A stretch of DNA of 64,000 nucleotides from NCBI RefSeq assembly GCF_036588685.1, contig NC_086373.1:106020001-106084000 (forward strand), in the 5' to 3' direction. The position numbers and the translations under genes were made by a program. The notes under the pieces were generated by a model. That model had not been told where the DNA came from and did no database searches. It saw only the letters and a list, made by a program, of their open reading frames with translations. Numbering within the stretch: the stretch's first letter is position 1; each line of letters begins with the position of its first letter. Source of the DNA: Mytilus trossulus (lineage: Eukaryota). Shown in pieces: positions 12,825-27,336 of this stretch.

Positions 12825-13411
12825 ACCAGGCCAACCAACCAAGATGGTCGCCATGGCTAAGAATAGAACAAAGGGGTAAAATGTAGATTTTGGCTTATAA
12901 CTCTGAAACTAAAGCATTTAAAGCAAATCTTACATGGTTTAACTTGTTTATCTAATAAATATCTATATGCCTTGAAATTTTCAGATGAATTGGACAACTG
13001 GTTGTTGGGTTGCTGCCCACGTCCCCCCCACCACCCCCCCCACCCCCAAATTGGTAATTTTTAAAGAAGTTTAGCCTTTTGGGTTATTTTCTTGAATACT
13101 ATTATAGATAGAAATAAACTGTAAGCAACAATAATGTTCAGCAAATAAGAATCTACAAACAAGTCAACATTACAAAAATGGTCAGTTGACCCCTTAAGGA
13201 GTTACTGCCCTTTATATTAAATTTTTACAAAATGTTTCCCTCTGTAACTTAAGGGCCTTGTTTATTACAGATAGAGAAAATTGTAAGTAGCAAAAACGAT
13301 CAGTAAAGTATGATATACAAACACATCACCATCACCAAAACACAATTTTGTCATGAATCCATCTGTTTCCTTTGTTTAATATGCACATAGACCAAGTTGA
13401 GCGAAACAGGC
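12825..13411 (-). mobile_element. HINE-like element fragment (same family as 20714-21417)
   Basis: Reverse complement of sequence at 20730-21295 (ccaaccaagatgg..., aaaacacaattttgtcatgaatccatctg, tagaccaag). Confidence 0.7.
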
Positions 13412-13849
13412 GTCCAGGTAGCACAAAAACATTTTATTGATATTTCTAAAATATATTGCAAAATGTCACCAAAATATCATTCAAAAACATGTATTTGACG
13501 TGATTTGTCTGGCTGTACTCATGTGAATAGCATCTTTTCTGGAAATATTTGTTCTGAATGTTTAAAGAGCATTATTTTTAAATATTGATTTTATTTTGAA
13601 AAAAACATAATTTTGATATTATTCAGTGTCAATTGAAAATATCCAAACAGCATCTTTCAAACATCTGGACAAAATAGTCTTCTAATGTCTAGGATATGTT
13701 TTATTGTTGTCTAACAAATGTTTTTTTATACAGTGAGTCTGTAAACCATATTTTCATGATAAAAAAACCCTTGATGCATAGAATTGAAAGATTGTATGTC
13801 TCTTCATAACTTTTACTGGTAGATAATATAATACATATCGCAAATATAA

Positions 13850-16200
13850 AGACAAATGTTCAAATGAGCTGAGAACATTTTCAAAGCATGACACAAAAGG
13901 ATTTTGGAAAACACTAAAAAAAATGTCTTACACTAAAAAAGAATCTCCACCAATAGATATAAATACATTTTACGATTATTTTAAGGATTTAAACGCGGGT
14001 GAAGAAGAAGATATACATGCACACGATCTTGACATTAATCAGATATCTAGTAACCCCATTTATGATGAAATATTGAATGGAAGTATTACTGAACTAGAAG
14101 TCTTGGAAGCTATGAAAAATAAAAAAAAAATAACAAGGCACCTGTTTCTGATAAAATACTTAATGAATTTTTGAAAAATTCACCACCTGTTTTTAATTCA
14201 TTGTATTGTAAATTATTTAATATTGTATTAGATACTGGAATTATTCCAGACTCTTGGACAAATGGCATTATTAAACCTGTGTTCAAAAATAAAGGCAATC
14301 CTACAGATCCTGATAATTTTAGAGCTATTACACTTATCAGCTGTTTGGGAAAATCATTCACTTCTATGATTATTAATACTAGACTAAATTTTTTTGCGAA
14401 TGAAATTTCGCTTATATCAGAAAATCAAGCTGGTTTTAGGAAAGGATATGCAACAACAGATAATATTTCTGTGTTACATGCACTTGTAGAATTATATTTT
14501 TCATTTGGAAAAAAACTTTTTTGTACATTTATTGACTTTAGAAAAGCTTTTGACACTGTTTTAAGAACTGGATTATGGCAAAAACTACATCTTAGTGAAA
14601 TCAAGGGGAAATGTTTCAAAGTTATCCCTAATATGTATCAAGGTATTAAATCTTGTGTTCAATATAATGGTGAACAATCAGAATTTTTTCCATGTCTGAT
14701 TCAGTGGTGTTAGGCAAGGGGAAAACTTGTCTCCTTTTTTTATTTTCTATTTTCTTGAACGATTTGGAACAATATTTTAGAAATTTAGATGGTATTCCTT
14801 TAGAACTTTTAAAGGAAAAATTTGAAAACGAACTTCATATATTTTTTGAATTGTTCGTAATTCTGTATGCTGATGATACAGTAATCTTTTCAGAAACTAA
14901 AGAAGGCTTGCAAAATTCCTTAGATATTTTCCAGTTGTACTGTGAAAATTGGAAACTGAAGGTGAATGTTAAGAAAACTAAAGTTATGGTATTTAGCAAG
15001 AGGAAAACTAAACAAAATCTGAAATTTACACTGCAGAATGATTTACTTGAAATTGTTGATACATATTCGTATTTGGGTGTCATTTTCAAATATAATGGTA
15101 CATTTTTTGATACCAAGAAGAAACTTGTAGATCAAGCCCAAAAGGCACTGTTTTATATTTACAAAATTATACGGAATGAATCTTTACCTATTGATCTACA
15201 ATTCAAACTCTTTGATTCTATGATAGAACCTATCTTACTGTATGGTTCTGAAGTTTGGGGCGTTGAAAACCGGAAAATTATCGACAAAAACTCACTTGAA
15301 ATTCTGCAAAAGGGCGCTGAAAGTTAGAAACACTACGCCTATTTTTATGGTTTACGGAGAATTGGGTAGATTTCCTCTTGAAATAAAGGTGAAAATTAGA
15401 ATGATTATATATTGGTGTAAAATTGTAAATAATGAATCAAAACTATGCAGTTTATTGTATAGACTGATGCTTGGTTTAAGGCCTAAATCTAAATACACCT
15501 TTAAATGGGTAAATTGTATAGAAGCAATATAAACGATACTGGCATTGGATATACTTTTGCCAATCAAACAGGCTACTGTGATAAAATGTACTTAAAACAG
15601 ATACTTTGATACTGTGTGATCAATTTGTACAACAGTGGTTTAGTAATATTGAAAATTCATCACGAGGTCAATTCTACTCAATATTTAAAAAAGATTTTAC
15701 TTTAGAAACATATCTGCTAAAACTTCCAGAATATTGCAGGCTTTGGATCACACACTTTAGGTGTTCAAATCTGCGTCTGCCTATAGAAACAGGCAGATGG
15801 CAAAATATCCCGAGGCATGATAGAATATGTACTTTGTGTACGAGTAATATTGGTGATGAATTTCATTTGCTATTAAAGTGTACTCATCAAAATATTGTTG
15901 AATTAAGGGAAAAGTTTCTGCAAAGCTATTACACAGTGAACCCTAATTATAAAAAAATGGAAGGTCTTCTTTCAATATGTAATGTACAACTGTATAAACG
16001 TCTTTCTGTTTTTATCAAAAACATTGCAAATATGTTCTGAAAATGATAAAAAAAAACATGTTGTATGCTATTGTTATATCTTTATACTTTGTCATTGATA
16101 CCACATAATTACTTCGTCATGTTTTTATAATGCTATTATGTATGACCTCGTGTTACACATGTATCTGTGTCTGAGTGTTAAAATAAAATCTTGAAATCTT
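13850..16200 (+). mobile_element. 5'-truncated, frameshifted LINE (RTE-X-like)
   Basis: NFRAI, QAGFR, DFRKAFD, LYADD, YGSEVWG and ETGRW...CTLC...GDEFHLLLKC across ORFs 13923-16040; ends aataaaatcttgaaatctt. The 5' boundary is approximate. Confidence 0.85.
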
Positions 16201-17894
16201 ATATTCAGTATATTTACAACTGTTAATTGGAGAGCAAGAATATTTACTCGTGTTAATGATGTTTAGATATAAATAAACAGAAATAAATGAAAGTATATTC
16301 AAATTGTATTTGTTGTTTTTGGCTGGTTTTAAATATTTTTTGTTTGCGCATAAAATTATTCAATCATTTAGGTAAATACATTTAAATGACTACACAGATT
16401 CGAAAATGTTAGATAAAGAGAAGGAAGAGCACAATTTTTGTTAGAACATTGGAATAATATAATTTTCAAGTATGTGGTATAAAGTGGGAGATAAGTACTT
16501 AATACGTTGGCATATTGTTGGCACAATGTTGGCTTATATTTCTTTATTTGCATGAAATAGCAATGATATTTTTATAAACACTGTTTAAAACCACAGTCAG
16601 ACACTGTCAGTTTCAACATCATTATATTAAATATTCAATGTGTAGCATACAAAACAGTGATTTTTCGTAATTGTGCTTTCACCCCACCGGCAATACGCCC
16701 GGATAACATACTTTTTGATAAGCTGTCTTGCAAGTTTGTCCACTGAGCAATTTTCTTACGTTTTGAACGTTTTCGATTCGGGACGCTTCACATAAATGTG
16801 TTTTCAAATTATTTCTAAAAATTTGTTCTTTGTTTTGGTGTTAAACACCACTGTATGTATATATAAGCAACATTTGTTGTATTTTATTGACCTGTCATCA
16901 AAGGAAGGAGAAGCCGGACATCAGGCGACCTTAAGTTAAAATAGTTGCAATAATTATATTAGGATCGAAGTTTAACAAATCTCGCCACGAGCGTATCTCA
17001 AAACCGCCATGATTTTTATCACTTTATATGAACTCATTAGGCCAATCACCCTCCTAGGCCATCAAATTTGAAAGCAGATCAGAGGACAAAACAAAAGAAC
17101 CAAATAAAAAATTTCGAAAATAGATAGAATCATAGAAACCACGATAAGAACTGCAATATATAATAGTAGAAAATATAATTAAATAGAAAATGAATATTTA
17201 TCTAAAATGAAAAAAACAAAACAAAATATGGTAATTTGTCAATAAATAGGTAAATTATAATTATAGAACAGAAGAATTTCATGACCGAGACAGAGAGGAT
17301 TAAATATTGTAAAGAGATAATAAAAAAAAAAAAAAACTTAAAAGAAAAGAGCAAAAAAATTGTTAAAAAAAAGTTACAATATATATAAAGAAAAATTCAA
17401 CACACGCCGAATCAGAAGTCCGAAAAGTTCATTTGCTTGCGTATCTACCAGTAGGAAATATTTCATACATATTCAAGACTTTGAAGTATCCATATCGATC
17501 AAAAATGATTTAATACAAACAAAACGAACAAAGTATACTAGATTACCGACGCAAAACGTCAAATTTTGACGCAATATCGTGCGTGACGTCTAGTATACTC
17601 CAATCGAATATTTTCTTGGATTTTAATTCTAAACAGCCCAGTATCATCGGCAAATATGAACACCTCTGATATCACACGTTGATAAAAATGACTATAGTAT
17701 CAGACCCAGGACTTATTAAGTTGTGCCAGACAGTTACAGGTTTTGTGCTGTTTTACTTTTAGTTTTAGTAAAAGGTGCTCGTACCGTTGTGAGGTACCTT
17801 ATGATATCAGAGGCCTTCAAAATGTCAATATAGTGAGATCATCATTAATGAGTGTATTATTCCTCCATTATGCACAATTTCAATCCATCTATCA

Positions 17895-17975
17895 ATAGAT
17901 ATAGGAAGATGTGGTGTGAGTGCCAATGAGACAACTCTCCATCCAAATAACAATTTAAAAAGTAAACCATTATAG
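17895..17975. repeat. Fragment of an abundant SINE-like interspersed repeat
   Basis: ggaagatgtggtgtgagtgccaatgagacaactctccatcc recurs at ~19995-20195, degenerately at ~51705 and ~52015, and inverted at ~55905-56030. Confidence 0.6.
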
Positions 17976-18228
17976 GATAAAGTGCAAGACCCTTTAAAAG
18001 TTATAATGAATCTCCAATTTATAAAACAAAATTGATTTTTACTAAATAAACATACCATGAGAGTTCACATATTCTAAAAAAAAATCAGTTAGTTTTGGCG
18101 TTTTCTGCTAACTGACTGTAACTGTTTCTCATCACGTTTTCTTTCGTTCTTAGTTACAGTAACTGTTTTAACTTTATTTCTGACTTTACCGCAGTATTTT
18201 CTTTATATTGTCCCTTGATAGTGTGTAG

Positions 18229-18810
18229 AGTGGGGCGCTCATTTTCGCCACATCTTTCCATGTTTTCTACAGTTTATGGGCAGGTCTAAATGTTTTGAAG
18301 TATACTGATATTTCTATATGAAGATAACTTCAAATGCAAAATATTCTTAAGCTTGAAAACGGGTTTGTTTGAAAAAAATCATCTGAAAAGTTAGATTAAA
18401 GGGGGTATGAAATTTCCGGATGTTTTGTCAATGGGGGACACATATTCGCCGTTTTTACACATCTATTTAAAACCAAATAACCGCAGCTTTCAACAATTTT
18501 TATCAAATCAATTGCATTACAGATGAATAGCAGACATTTCAAAGGTGTAAAGAATTCAAAATTAGGGCATTCAGTCAAATATTTACTTAGAAATACATCT
18601 TTGAACTCGTGTTTTTTATTCAGGAAACTGTCAGAAAATTGTCGTCCGTTTTTCGGTCATTTTCGGTAGGAGCCGCAATTTTGTTTTAGTTTAAAAAAAT
18701 TTTGTATGTTTTATAAAAATATAATTTACCGGTACATTTCTTCCATTTCAGCCATCCTTTGAAGTTTTTACACCTCAAAATCCTAAAACGGCGAAAATGA
18801 GCACCCCACT
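18229..18810. mobile_element. MITE directly upstream of SF3B5
   Basis: TIRs agtggggcgctcattttcgcc / ggcgaaaatgagcaccccact (20/21 match). TSD unclear. Confidence 0.7.
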
Positions 18811-18979
18811 TCTTACTGCTTCACTCGTTGCATATTTTTTTCGATCTGCGAAATCTTACGAATAAAATTGGTTGAACTGAAATGAGTACTACTATAGTAT
18901 CTTTCGCCACTCCTTTTCTCTTATTCTGGATTTTTGGGTTTTCAATCAGATTTGCACTTCAAAGAACAAGGTAAAATGA

Positions 18980-19000
18980 ATTGACTTCCGTTTCCGGCAT
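18980..19000 (+). promoter_or_regulatory. Putative SF3B5 core promoter with tandem ETS-like motifs
   Basis: acttccgtttccgg lies ~55 bp upstream of the ATG. The same core occurs at the 5' ends of TBPL1 (ttccgg ~37345) and the FN3/PLGRKT pair (acttccg 56417). Confidence 0.45.
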
Positions 19001-19050
19001 TGGACCACACTGAAATTTTATTTTCAAGATAAACAAATTGTTAATACACA

Positions 19051-19308
19051 ATGGGAGATCGATATAACATACATAGCCAGTTAGAACATTTGCAGTCTAA
19101 ATACATTGGAACTGGCCATGCAGATACAAACAAATGGGAATGGATGACAAACCAGCATAGAGACAGCAATGCATCTTACATGGGACACAATGACATGTTA
19201 AACTATTTTTCTCTTGCCGAAAATGAAGCAAAGGCGCGTGTGCGATTTAATTTGATGGAAAGAATGTTGCAGCCTTGCGGACCACCCCCTGAGAGACCAG
19301 AGGATTAA
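19051..19308 (+). CDS. SF3B5: Splicing factor 3B subunit 5 (SF3b10), single coding exon, 85 aa
   Basis: MGDRYNIHSQLEHLQSKYIGTGHADT..WEW..NQHRDS...QPCGPPP is the highly conserved SF3B5 sequence; ORF intact. Confidence 0.98.
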   Translation: MGDRYNIHSQLEHLQSKYIGTGHADTNKWEWMTNQHRDSNASYMGHNDMLNYFSLAENEAKARVRFNLMERMLQPCGPPPERPED

Positions 19309-20197
19309 CTAACCATCTCATACAGCTTGAAAATTTATGAAAGACCTGTCACTGACTTTTTGGATTTTATCTGTCTTTGATATATATCCATCAGTTACAT
19401 AAGTATTCGACTATTTGTGGTGCAAGGATATTATCCTATGCAATTAACACTTGAGATAAAAAAAAAAAAAAAACATTTCCAAACACTTTTTTTTAAACTG
19501 CTTTATATAACGAATTCAGTAATTGTTCAATTTGCATTCAATTTTATACTTTCTTGTTCTATATTATTATGACTCATGTTTCATTCAGTAAATTCATCAT
19601 CATGTCATATAATTATGTTATTGTTTAAAAAGTAGGTTGGGTATTCTGTATGTGCCTGTCCGAAGTCAGGAGCCTGTAGTTCAGTGGTGGCGGTCTTTGG
19701 TTCATGTATGTCATTGTATGTCATACATAAATGTATATATGTTTTTGTTAAAGGTAGATATAATACTTGTACATATACACTGCAAGTCAGAGATGTTGTA
19801 GTAAGGAGGTAAACGATGAAACAACTGTTATATAAAAATTAACAAGATTTTGTAGGATTGATTGGGCGGCAATGAGACAACTCTCCATCAAAGACGAAAT
19901 GATATACAAGTCTTCAACAATAAGCACAACCCATACCCTATAGTCTGCTATAAAAGGCCAAGAAATGACAAATGTAATGCAATTCAAAAGATAGAGGAAG
20001 ATGTGGTGTGAGTGCCAATGAGACAACTCTCCATCCAAAAAACAATTAAAAAAGTAAACCATTATAGGTCAATTTACGGCCTTCAACACAGAGCCTTGGC
20101 TCACACTGAACAGCAAGCTATTATAGCCTATAAAGGGCCCCAAAATTACTGGTGTAAAACCATTCAAACAAAAAATCAACGGTCTAATCTATATAAA

Positions 20198-22565
20198 ACA
20201 AGAGTGCACACGCTGAAATGTCTCTCCTTCTTTACTAATCATTGATATTATGTTGATAGACCTAAATATAAAGCTTTATTACTCAACATTAACCAAAGAA
20301 AATGAAACATTGTTCAATAAACCATGAAAATGAGGTCAAGGTCAGATGAACCATGCCAGGCAGACATGTACAGCTAACAATTCTTCAATACAACAAATAT
20401 AGTTGACTTATTGTTTATCAATTAAGAAAATCAAACCAAAACACAAACACTTTACACTAAGCAATGGTCAAATAAAACCTGCGCAACAGACATAAAGATC
20501 ATAAAATATTTCCATACACCAAATATAGTTGACTAATGCATAGAGTATTAGAAATATAGACCAAAACTCAAAAACTTTTGACCACTGAACCATGAAAATG
20601 AGGTCAAGGTCAGATGACACCTGTCAGTTAGACATGTACACCTTACAATCATTCCATACACCAAATATAGTAGACCTATTGCATATAGTATAAGAAAAAC
20701 AGACCAAAACACAACTAGAGGCTCTAAAGAGCCTGTGTCCCTCACCTTGGTCTATGTGAATATTAATCAAAGGACGCAGATGGATTCATGACAAAATTGT
20801 GTTTTGGTGATGGAGATGTGTTTGTACATCTTAATTTACTGAATATTCTAGCTGCCTACAATTATCTCTATCTATAATTAACTTGACCCAGTAGTTTCAG
20901 AGAAGATTTTTGTAAAAGATTACGGTTAAAAATTGACTATAAAGGGCAATTACTCCTAAAGGGGTCAACTGACCATTTCAGTCATGTTGACTTATTTGTA
21001 AATCTTACTTTGCTGAACATTATTGCTGTTTACAGTTTATCTCTATCTATAATAATATTCAAGATAATAACAGCAAAATTTCCTTAAAATTACCAATTCA
21101 GGGGCAGCAACCCAACAACAGGTTCTCTGATTCAATTGAAAATTTCAGGGCAGATAGATCTTGACCTGATAAACAATTTAGCCCTTGTCAGATTTGCTCT
21201 AAATGCTTTGGCTTTTGAGTTATAAGCCAAAAACTGCGTTTTACCCCTATGTTCTATTTTTAGCCATGGTGGCCATCTTGGTTGGTTGGCCAGGTCAAAA
21301 AACACAAATTTTAAACTAGATACATCAATGATGATTGTGATCAAGTTTGGTTTAATTTGGTCCAGTAGTTTCAGAGAAGATTTTTGTAAAAGTTCACGAA
21401 GGCCAGGTGAGGTTAAAAAAAACATAACTCAAAAACTTTGACCACTGAACCATGAAAATGAGGTCAAGGTCAGATGACACCTGCCAGCTAAACATGTACA
21501 CCTTACAATCATTTCATATACCTAATATAGTAGACCTATTGCAAACAGAATAATAAAAACAGACCAAAACACAAAAACTTTACTATAACCACTAAACCAT
21601 GAAAATGAGGTCAAGGTCAGACAACACACACAAGTTGGACATGTACACCTTACAGTCCATCCATACACGGAATATACTTAACAAGAGTGCACACGCTGAA
21701 ATGTCTCGCCTTCTTTACTTATCATTGATATTATGTTGATGGTCCTAAATATAAAGCTTTATTACAATGGTCACACCAATTTAACATTAACCAAGACAAC
21801 TAAACATTTACCAATGTACCATATAAAAATGATGTCAAGGTCAGATGGACAATGCCAGGCAGACATGTACAGCTAACAATTCTTCCACACAACAAATATA
21901 GTTGACCTATTGCTAATAGATTGAGAAAAACAGACCAAAACACAAAAACTTAACACTGAGCAATGAACCGTAAAAAGGAGGTCAAGGTCAAATAAAACCT
22001 GCACTACTGACATATAGATCATTAAATATTGCATTACATCAAATATAGTTGACCTATTACATGTAGAATAAGTAAAAAAGACCAAAACTCAACTTAAATT
22101 TGACCACTGAACCATGAAAATGAGGTCAAGGTCAGATGACACCTGCCAGCTAAACATGTACACCTTACAATCATTCCATACACCAAATATAGTAGACCTA
22201 TTGCATACAGTATAAGAAAAACAGACCAAAACACAAAAACTTAACTATAACCACTGAACCATGAAAATGAGGTCAAGGTCAGATGACACCTGCCAGTTGG
22301 ACATGTACACCTAATAGTCCTTCCATACACCTAATATAATAGACCTATTGCATATAGTATCTGAGATATGGACTTGACCACCAAAACTTAACCTTGTTCA
22401 CGTATCCATGAAATGAGGTCGAGGTCAAGTGAAAACTGTTGTGACGGCATGAGATTCTTGCAAGGTATGCACATAACAAATATAGTTATCCAATTACTTA
22501 TAAGACGGAATTTAAAACTTTTTTTTTAAGTAGTCACTGAACCATGAAAATGTTGTCAAGGACAA
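20198..22565 (+). mobile_element. Cluster of HINE-like elements carrying ~130-145-bp tandem units
   Basis: Head acaagagtgcacacgctgaaatgtctc at ~20198 and ~21681; many copies of ccactgaaccatgaaaatgaggtcaaggtcagatgacacc. Confidence 0.7.
20714..21417 (+). mobile_element. HINE-like element nested in the tandem array (related to 794-2460)
   Basis: 5' actagaggctctaaagagcctgtgtccctcacc; 3' ggccaggtgaggttaaaa. The host repeat resumes after it. Confidence 0.7.
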
Positions 22566-23786
22566 AAAATCCGTTTTAAGATTTTGTCTCAAATATAATC
22601 AAGCTTCTGTCCAAATTTCATAGTTTCACAAAGGTTTGACATACTTATGGATGACTAAAATACTTTTAACTTCAGACTAAATCTTAATGCTAGCAGCTGT
22701 TTAAAAACACTGGCAGATCAAGAAATTGAATCACTGAAGTATGACTGGAGCAGGTACACTTTATTATCAACCTATGTGTTCAATTTATAGGAGAACTTTT
22801 CTTATAGTACATGTATCTAAGAAACTAACTTTACCATGAAATCTAAACATTGACCAATGAACCATGAAAATGAGGTCAAGGGCAGATAATACCTGCCAGA
22901 CAGATGTATACACCCTATACATTTTCCTTGATTGTAGGCAGAAATTGTAATGGGGAGAAAAAGAGAGAAACAGTAAAAAGCAAAAATATTCTTCTTAAGC
23001 ACGACTTCAATATATAAATTAGTCAACAAAGAATTGTTATTGGACTCCTTAAGCTTAATCCTCTGAATGATGGTTTTTTATCCATTTTTATTTTTTTTGC
23101 ATTTAAGTCATCACTGTAGTGGAGAATCTATAAAAAGCAACATGTTGTCTAATTGTTTGTCAACATGGTCAAATTGTTGATTTTATAAACATATTTTCCA
23201 GCCAGCAGAAGACAATATTGCAAATAAAACAAGTTATTAAAGTATCAAACACCATCTCTTACAAAAATTAACTTGTTTGGAATTTTAACATTGAACTAAT
23301 ATCCTCAAAATCAATTGTGTTTTCCTCTCCCCATCGTGCATTATAAAACCAAATATGTTAATGAACTGATAAAAGCTGGTCTCCAAGCCAAAATGATTCA
23401 CTATAATATAAATAAGTTCTTCTTCATCACAACTGCTTGTGATTTTATAGATATATCTTCACATATAACAAATAGTATCATGGAAATAGTGTTTTATTCC
23501 ATACAAAAATGAATACTCCAAAATGGTCATTCACAAAACATTCCTCCTTAGACAACAACTATGTTAACATACATAAAACATTCATACATTTGACAGATAC
23601 TCTTTTAAACAGCCTTTTGATAGTTAATTAACAATTGAAATATATAAATAGTACTCCATGTAAGAATCAGGAAATCAAAAAGACATCTTAAATTTAAAGA
23701 TGTGCTATTCAACTTTTAATGTGTACATGTAGTTAACTAATATTATCCTTTTCTTTAAGGTTTATAGGGGGAAATAGAACATAACA

Positions 23787-24345
23787 AAGGAGTAGGTCCA
23801 GTAAACATTTTTTGGTCCCCAAAATATTGCAAATTTATAAAATTGTTAAAATGTAAACTTTTAGTTATTAATTGGACAGTAGAATGGTTCTGCTACATAA
23901 ATATGGGCTGTTTTTGACAATACAATGCACATATATTGGGTACTAGCACCATTATGTCATGCTTAATTACTGAAATCTTCAAAATTCTAGCATTTTAGTT
24001 TAATTTTAGACAGCTTCCTTGTAAAGCGAAAGTGGCCACATTCGTGTTCATCCTAAATATTGTAATATAAGTTGTATTTGATGATAATATATAACATATA
24101 TAAAGGTTGAGGATGAAAACAGGTGCCATCTGAAAAGTGACATTTTAGGCATATTTGGTAGATTTTTTTATATTTGAGATTGAATTGGATCATTCTTAAA
24201 TGACTAAATTAGTAAAAATGTTTCATATTATTAATTGAATCAAATGAAATACACACTTTATAAGTGTTTAAAAAATGTCCAAAATCTTTCGTTAGCTGAA
24301 CCTGAAATTTGAGGCCAAAATCAGCCCTTACCGAACTTACTCTTT
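23787..24345. mobile_element. Degenerate MITE (possibly Kolobok-like)
   Basis: aggagtaggtccagtaa / ttaccgaacttactctt imperfect TIRs. Confidence 0.45.
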
Positions 24346-25169
24346 TTATATAATAAGGAACTATTTCAATCTGCCTTATTACAAAAGTCTACAGATATTC
24401 ATAAATCAGAAGAGGAATACACAGCCTGATTCTTAAATGAGGTGATACTTTACAAAATTTGTGTCAAATTTGTACATGGCAGATCTTTGAAATAATAAGA
24501 TAATACTTCTTAATTGTTTGAATTCCAAGGTATAAATAAATTTTACCATTTTTTGCATAGTTAAGTTTTCAAACTGTACAACCTGATTTTTACTTGTATC
24601 TGTACAATTGAAACGATTGGTATATAATTTATATCATTTAAATCCAAGGTTACTCTCTACCTTATATAAATTATAATTAGATAATTTAAAGTGAACATAA
24701 AAACAACAACTTTAAATAACAAAGAATTTTTGTAAACTTACTTTGTTATGAAACCACTTAAACATATGTAACAATTTTGGAAAGATAGAGGCCTGGTAAC
24801 AGCTTACTGGTAAATTCTCTGATAAAGAGGTAAACATTACCTGTCCGCCATCCAAAACCCTGACATTATAGGGTATCCAATAACCCTGACATTGTAGGGT
24901 ATCCAAAACAGTATTTACCAGTTCTAACCATATATTTTTAAGCACAAAAAAATACAGGTATTATGGAAAAGGATTGTGTATACTTTGAAAATTACAACAA
25001 AACCCAGATCATTGACTATTTAACAAACATCCATAAAAAATAAAAGCAATTCAGGAAAATATACCTGACATAAATGTAGATGATGTAACAACAGCACAAG
25101 TGAATGTTTCTTACTGAAATCATTAAAGGTTATTAATCTTTTGGTTCCAAGAGTTAATAAAAAGATTAA

Positions 25170-25510
25170 GTGAGACACATTAATCCACATCACAACAGAA
25201 CTTGTGATTAATCCACAATGATGTGCAAGATGTAGCAGTGAATAACATTTGTGGAGATAAATGAGACACACAGTAATCCACATAACTACAGAACTTGTGG
25301 TAAATCCACAATGATGTTAGATGTAGCAGGGATCTACATTTGTGGAGTTAAATGAGACACACAGTAATCCACATAACTACAGAACTTGTGGTAAATCCAC
25401 AATGATGTTAGATATAGCAGTGATCTACATTTGTGGAGTTACATGAGACACAGTAATCCACACAACTACAGAACTTAATCCACAATGATGTAAAATGTAG
25501 CATTGGTAAC
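25170..25510. repeat. ~91-bp tandem repeat, ~4 copies
   Basis: atgagacacacagtaatccacataactacagaacttg at 25261 and 25352, with degenerate flanking copies. Confidence 0.8.
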
Positions 25511-25848
25511 ATCTCTCTTCATGAAGGCATCTTTACAATTTAAAAACTAACGATCAAAAGACAAGAACGAACACAAAAAAGTAATGCAATAACTTCAGTT
25601 AAATTTGACTAATTTGCCCAAGTAGGAAAACAGTATCTAATAAACTTGTTTTTGTATAATATCAACTCGGACAATGGAAAAGCAAAAGAATGATTGCACC
25701 CAGCCAATATCAGAAAACCCCTACTTCCCCAAGAACATCTTAATCATGGAATGGGCGAACATAATAATGCCACATGAATAAATGAGGCCTTTGGTGGAGT
25801 TTATCATTACCTGACAACAGTAAACAAATCATCTTATGCTAATATTAT

Positions 25849-25950
25849 AGGGTTATTGCATGAATATTGGGGAATATTGTTCAGAGTAGAATTTTATATT
25901 GCACAAGCTTGCGAGTGCAATATATGTTCTATGATCCATGCAATAACCCT
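25849..25950. repeat. Hairpin (foldback) element end
   Basis: agggttattgcatg...tagaa..tatattgcac pairs with gtgcaatata..ttcta..catgcaataaccct. Confidence 0.6.
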
Positions 25951-27208
25951 TTTATTGTATAGCAATATAATATTTGAAAGTAAAAATAGGGTTAAACTAA
26001 GATTTTGTCGTTAATGACGTCATGAATTTTTAAAGATTTATTGCACTAGTGCAATAATAAAATTTATTGCATGCTAACTTTTGGTTACTTTCTCTTGGAA
26101 ATATTGTATTGTTATGCAATAATATCAGATTCAAACTTATTTGATTTATACAAGACATTGAATTTGGCCCTTATAGGGCTGTTCCAGAATAAAACACATT
26201 GAGAGGCATGAAAGGCACTTATTTGGACTCCTACAACCCATAGAATAATCTTTTTTTTTATTTCTTTTAATACTTTAAAAATTCTTAAGAAAATGAAACA
26301 TCCCTCCATGAATTTGTGCCTCCCATACTCCCACCAGGATTACTTTCGGAACAGTCCATATATCTATCTATAAGTGATATTGGAGAAGAAAAATATTTTG
26401 ATTACAGTAATTATCTGTTTTTTGTAATTTGATATAAAAAATATATATAAAAAAAGATTTTTTTTTTAATTACCAGATCCTGATACCAAGCTTTATATTA
26501 GAAAGGATGTTTTTATAATTTGATTACAATGACAAAAATTTAAGGTTTGTTATTAACAATTTCCCCCCTTTATTGAGCCTCATAAATGCAATGATAATGT
26601 GATGTGTGATAATAACAATGTAATGTAATGCATGATACATAACAACAATGTAATGCATGACAAGTATCAATGTAATATAATGCATGACACCAACAATGTA
26701 ATGTAATCATGATACTAACAATGTAATTTGATGTGTGATATTAATACCCATCATATTTTTTTTATAAAAAAGCGGATCATCTACAAAACATATTACAATT
26801 CCTAGACAAAAATCTCATACAAAAAATATACTATTATAAATACTAATTTGTATTGTTAAAGGGGTAGAACTTCCCAAATAATTCACTGTAGTACTCAATC
26901 TTATTTATGGACAATCTATGTCAATAATATATCAAATAATATCTGTAGATACATAGCCTTTCATAAAATAGTAACAAGTCTAGGACATTTATAAAGACCG
27001 GAATTAAACAAAAAAAGATAATTAATGAGTTTTGAGTTTTATTTTTTGGAAAAAAATAGCAGACTATAGAACAACAATTTACACAACAAAAGCCATTAGA
27101 TTTTACTTTTTAATCTTAATTGACTAGGACTGCCCATCTTCATGCCAAATGTCAGTAATTCTCTCCAGCTTCCCCCACTAATAAAGAGAGGGGCCATAAA
27201 ATAGCTAA

Positions 27209-27336
27209 CAGAGGCAGATTCAGGGGGGCCCGGGGGCCTCCCCTTTTTGGGAAAAAATTTGGTTGCTTATATAGGGAATCACTGAAGTGTGACTGGAGCA
27301 GGCCCCCACTTATGAAAATTTCTGGATCCGCCACTG
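27209..27336. mobile_element. Short GC-rich MITE (ggcggatcc...ggatccgcc family)
   Basis: cagaggcagattc / ggatccgccactg ends flanked by gctaa. Related copies at ~59200-59350 and split across 5251-5345/9461-9490. Confidence 0.6.

Noticed and set aside
19051-19475. SF3B5 as a processed retrocopy (intronless, A-tract at ~19457-19473)
   Set aside because: The ORF is intact, SF3B5 is intronless in human too, a promoter-like motif lies upstream, and no TSD was found.
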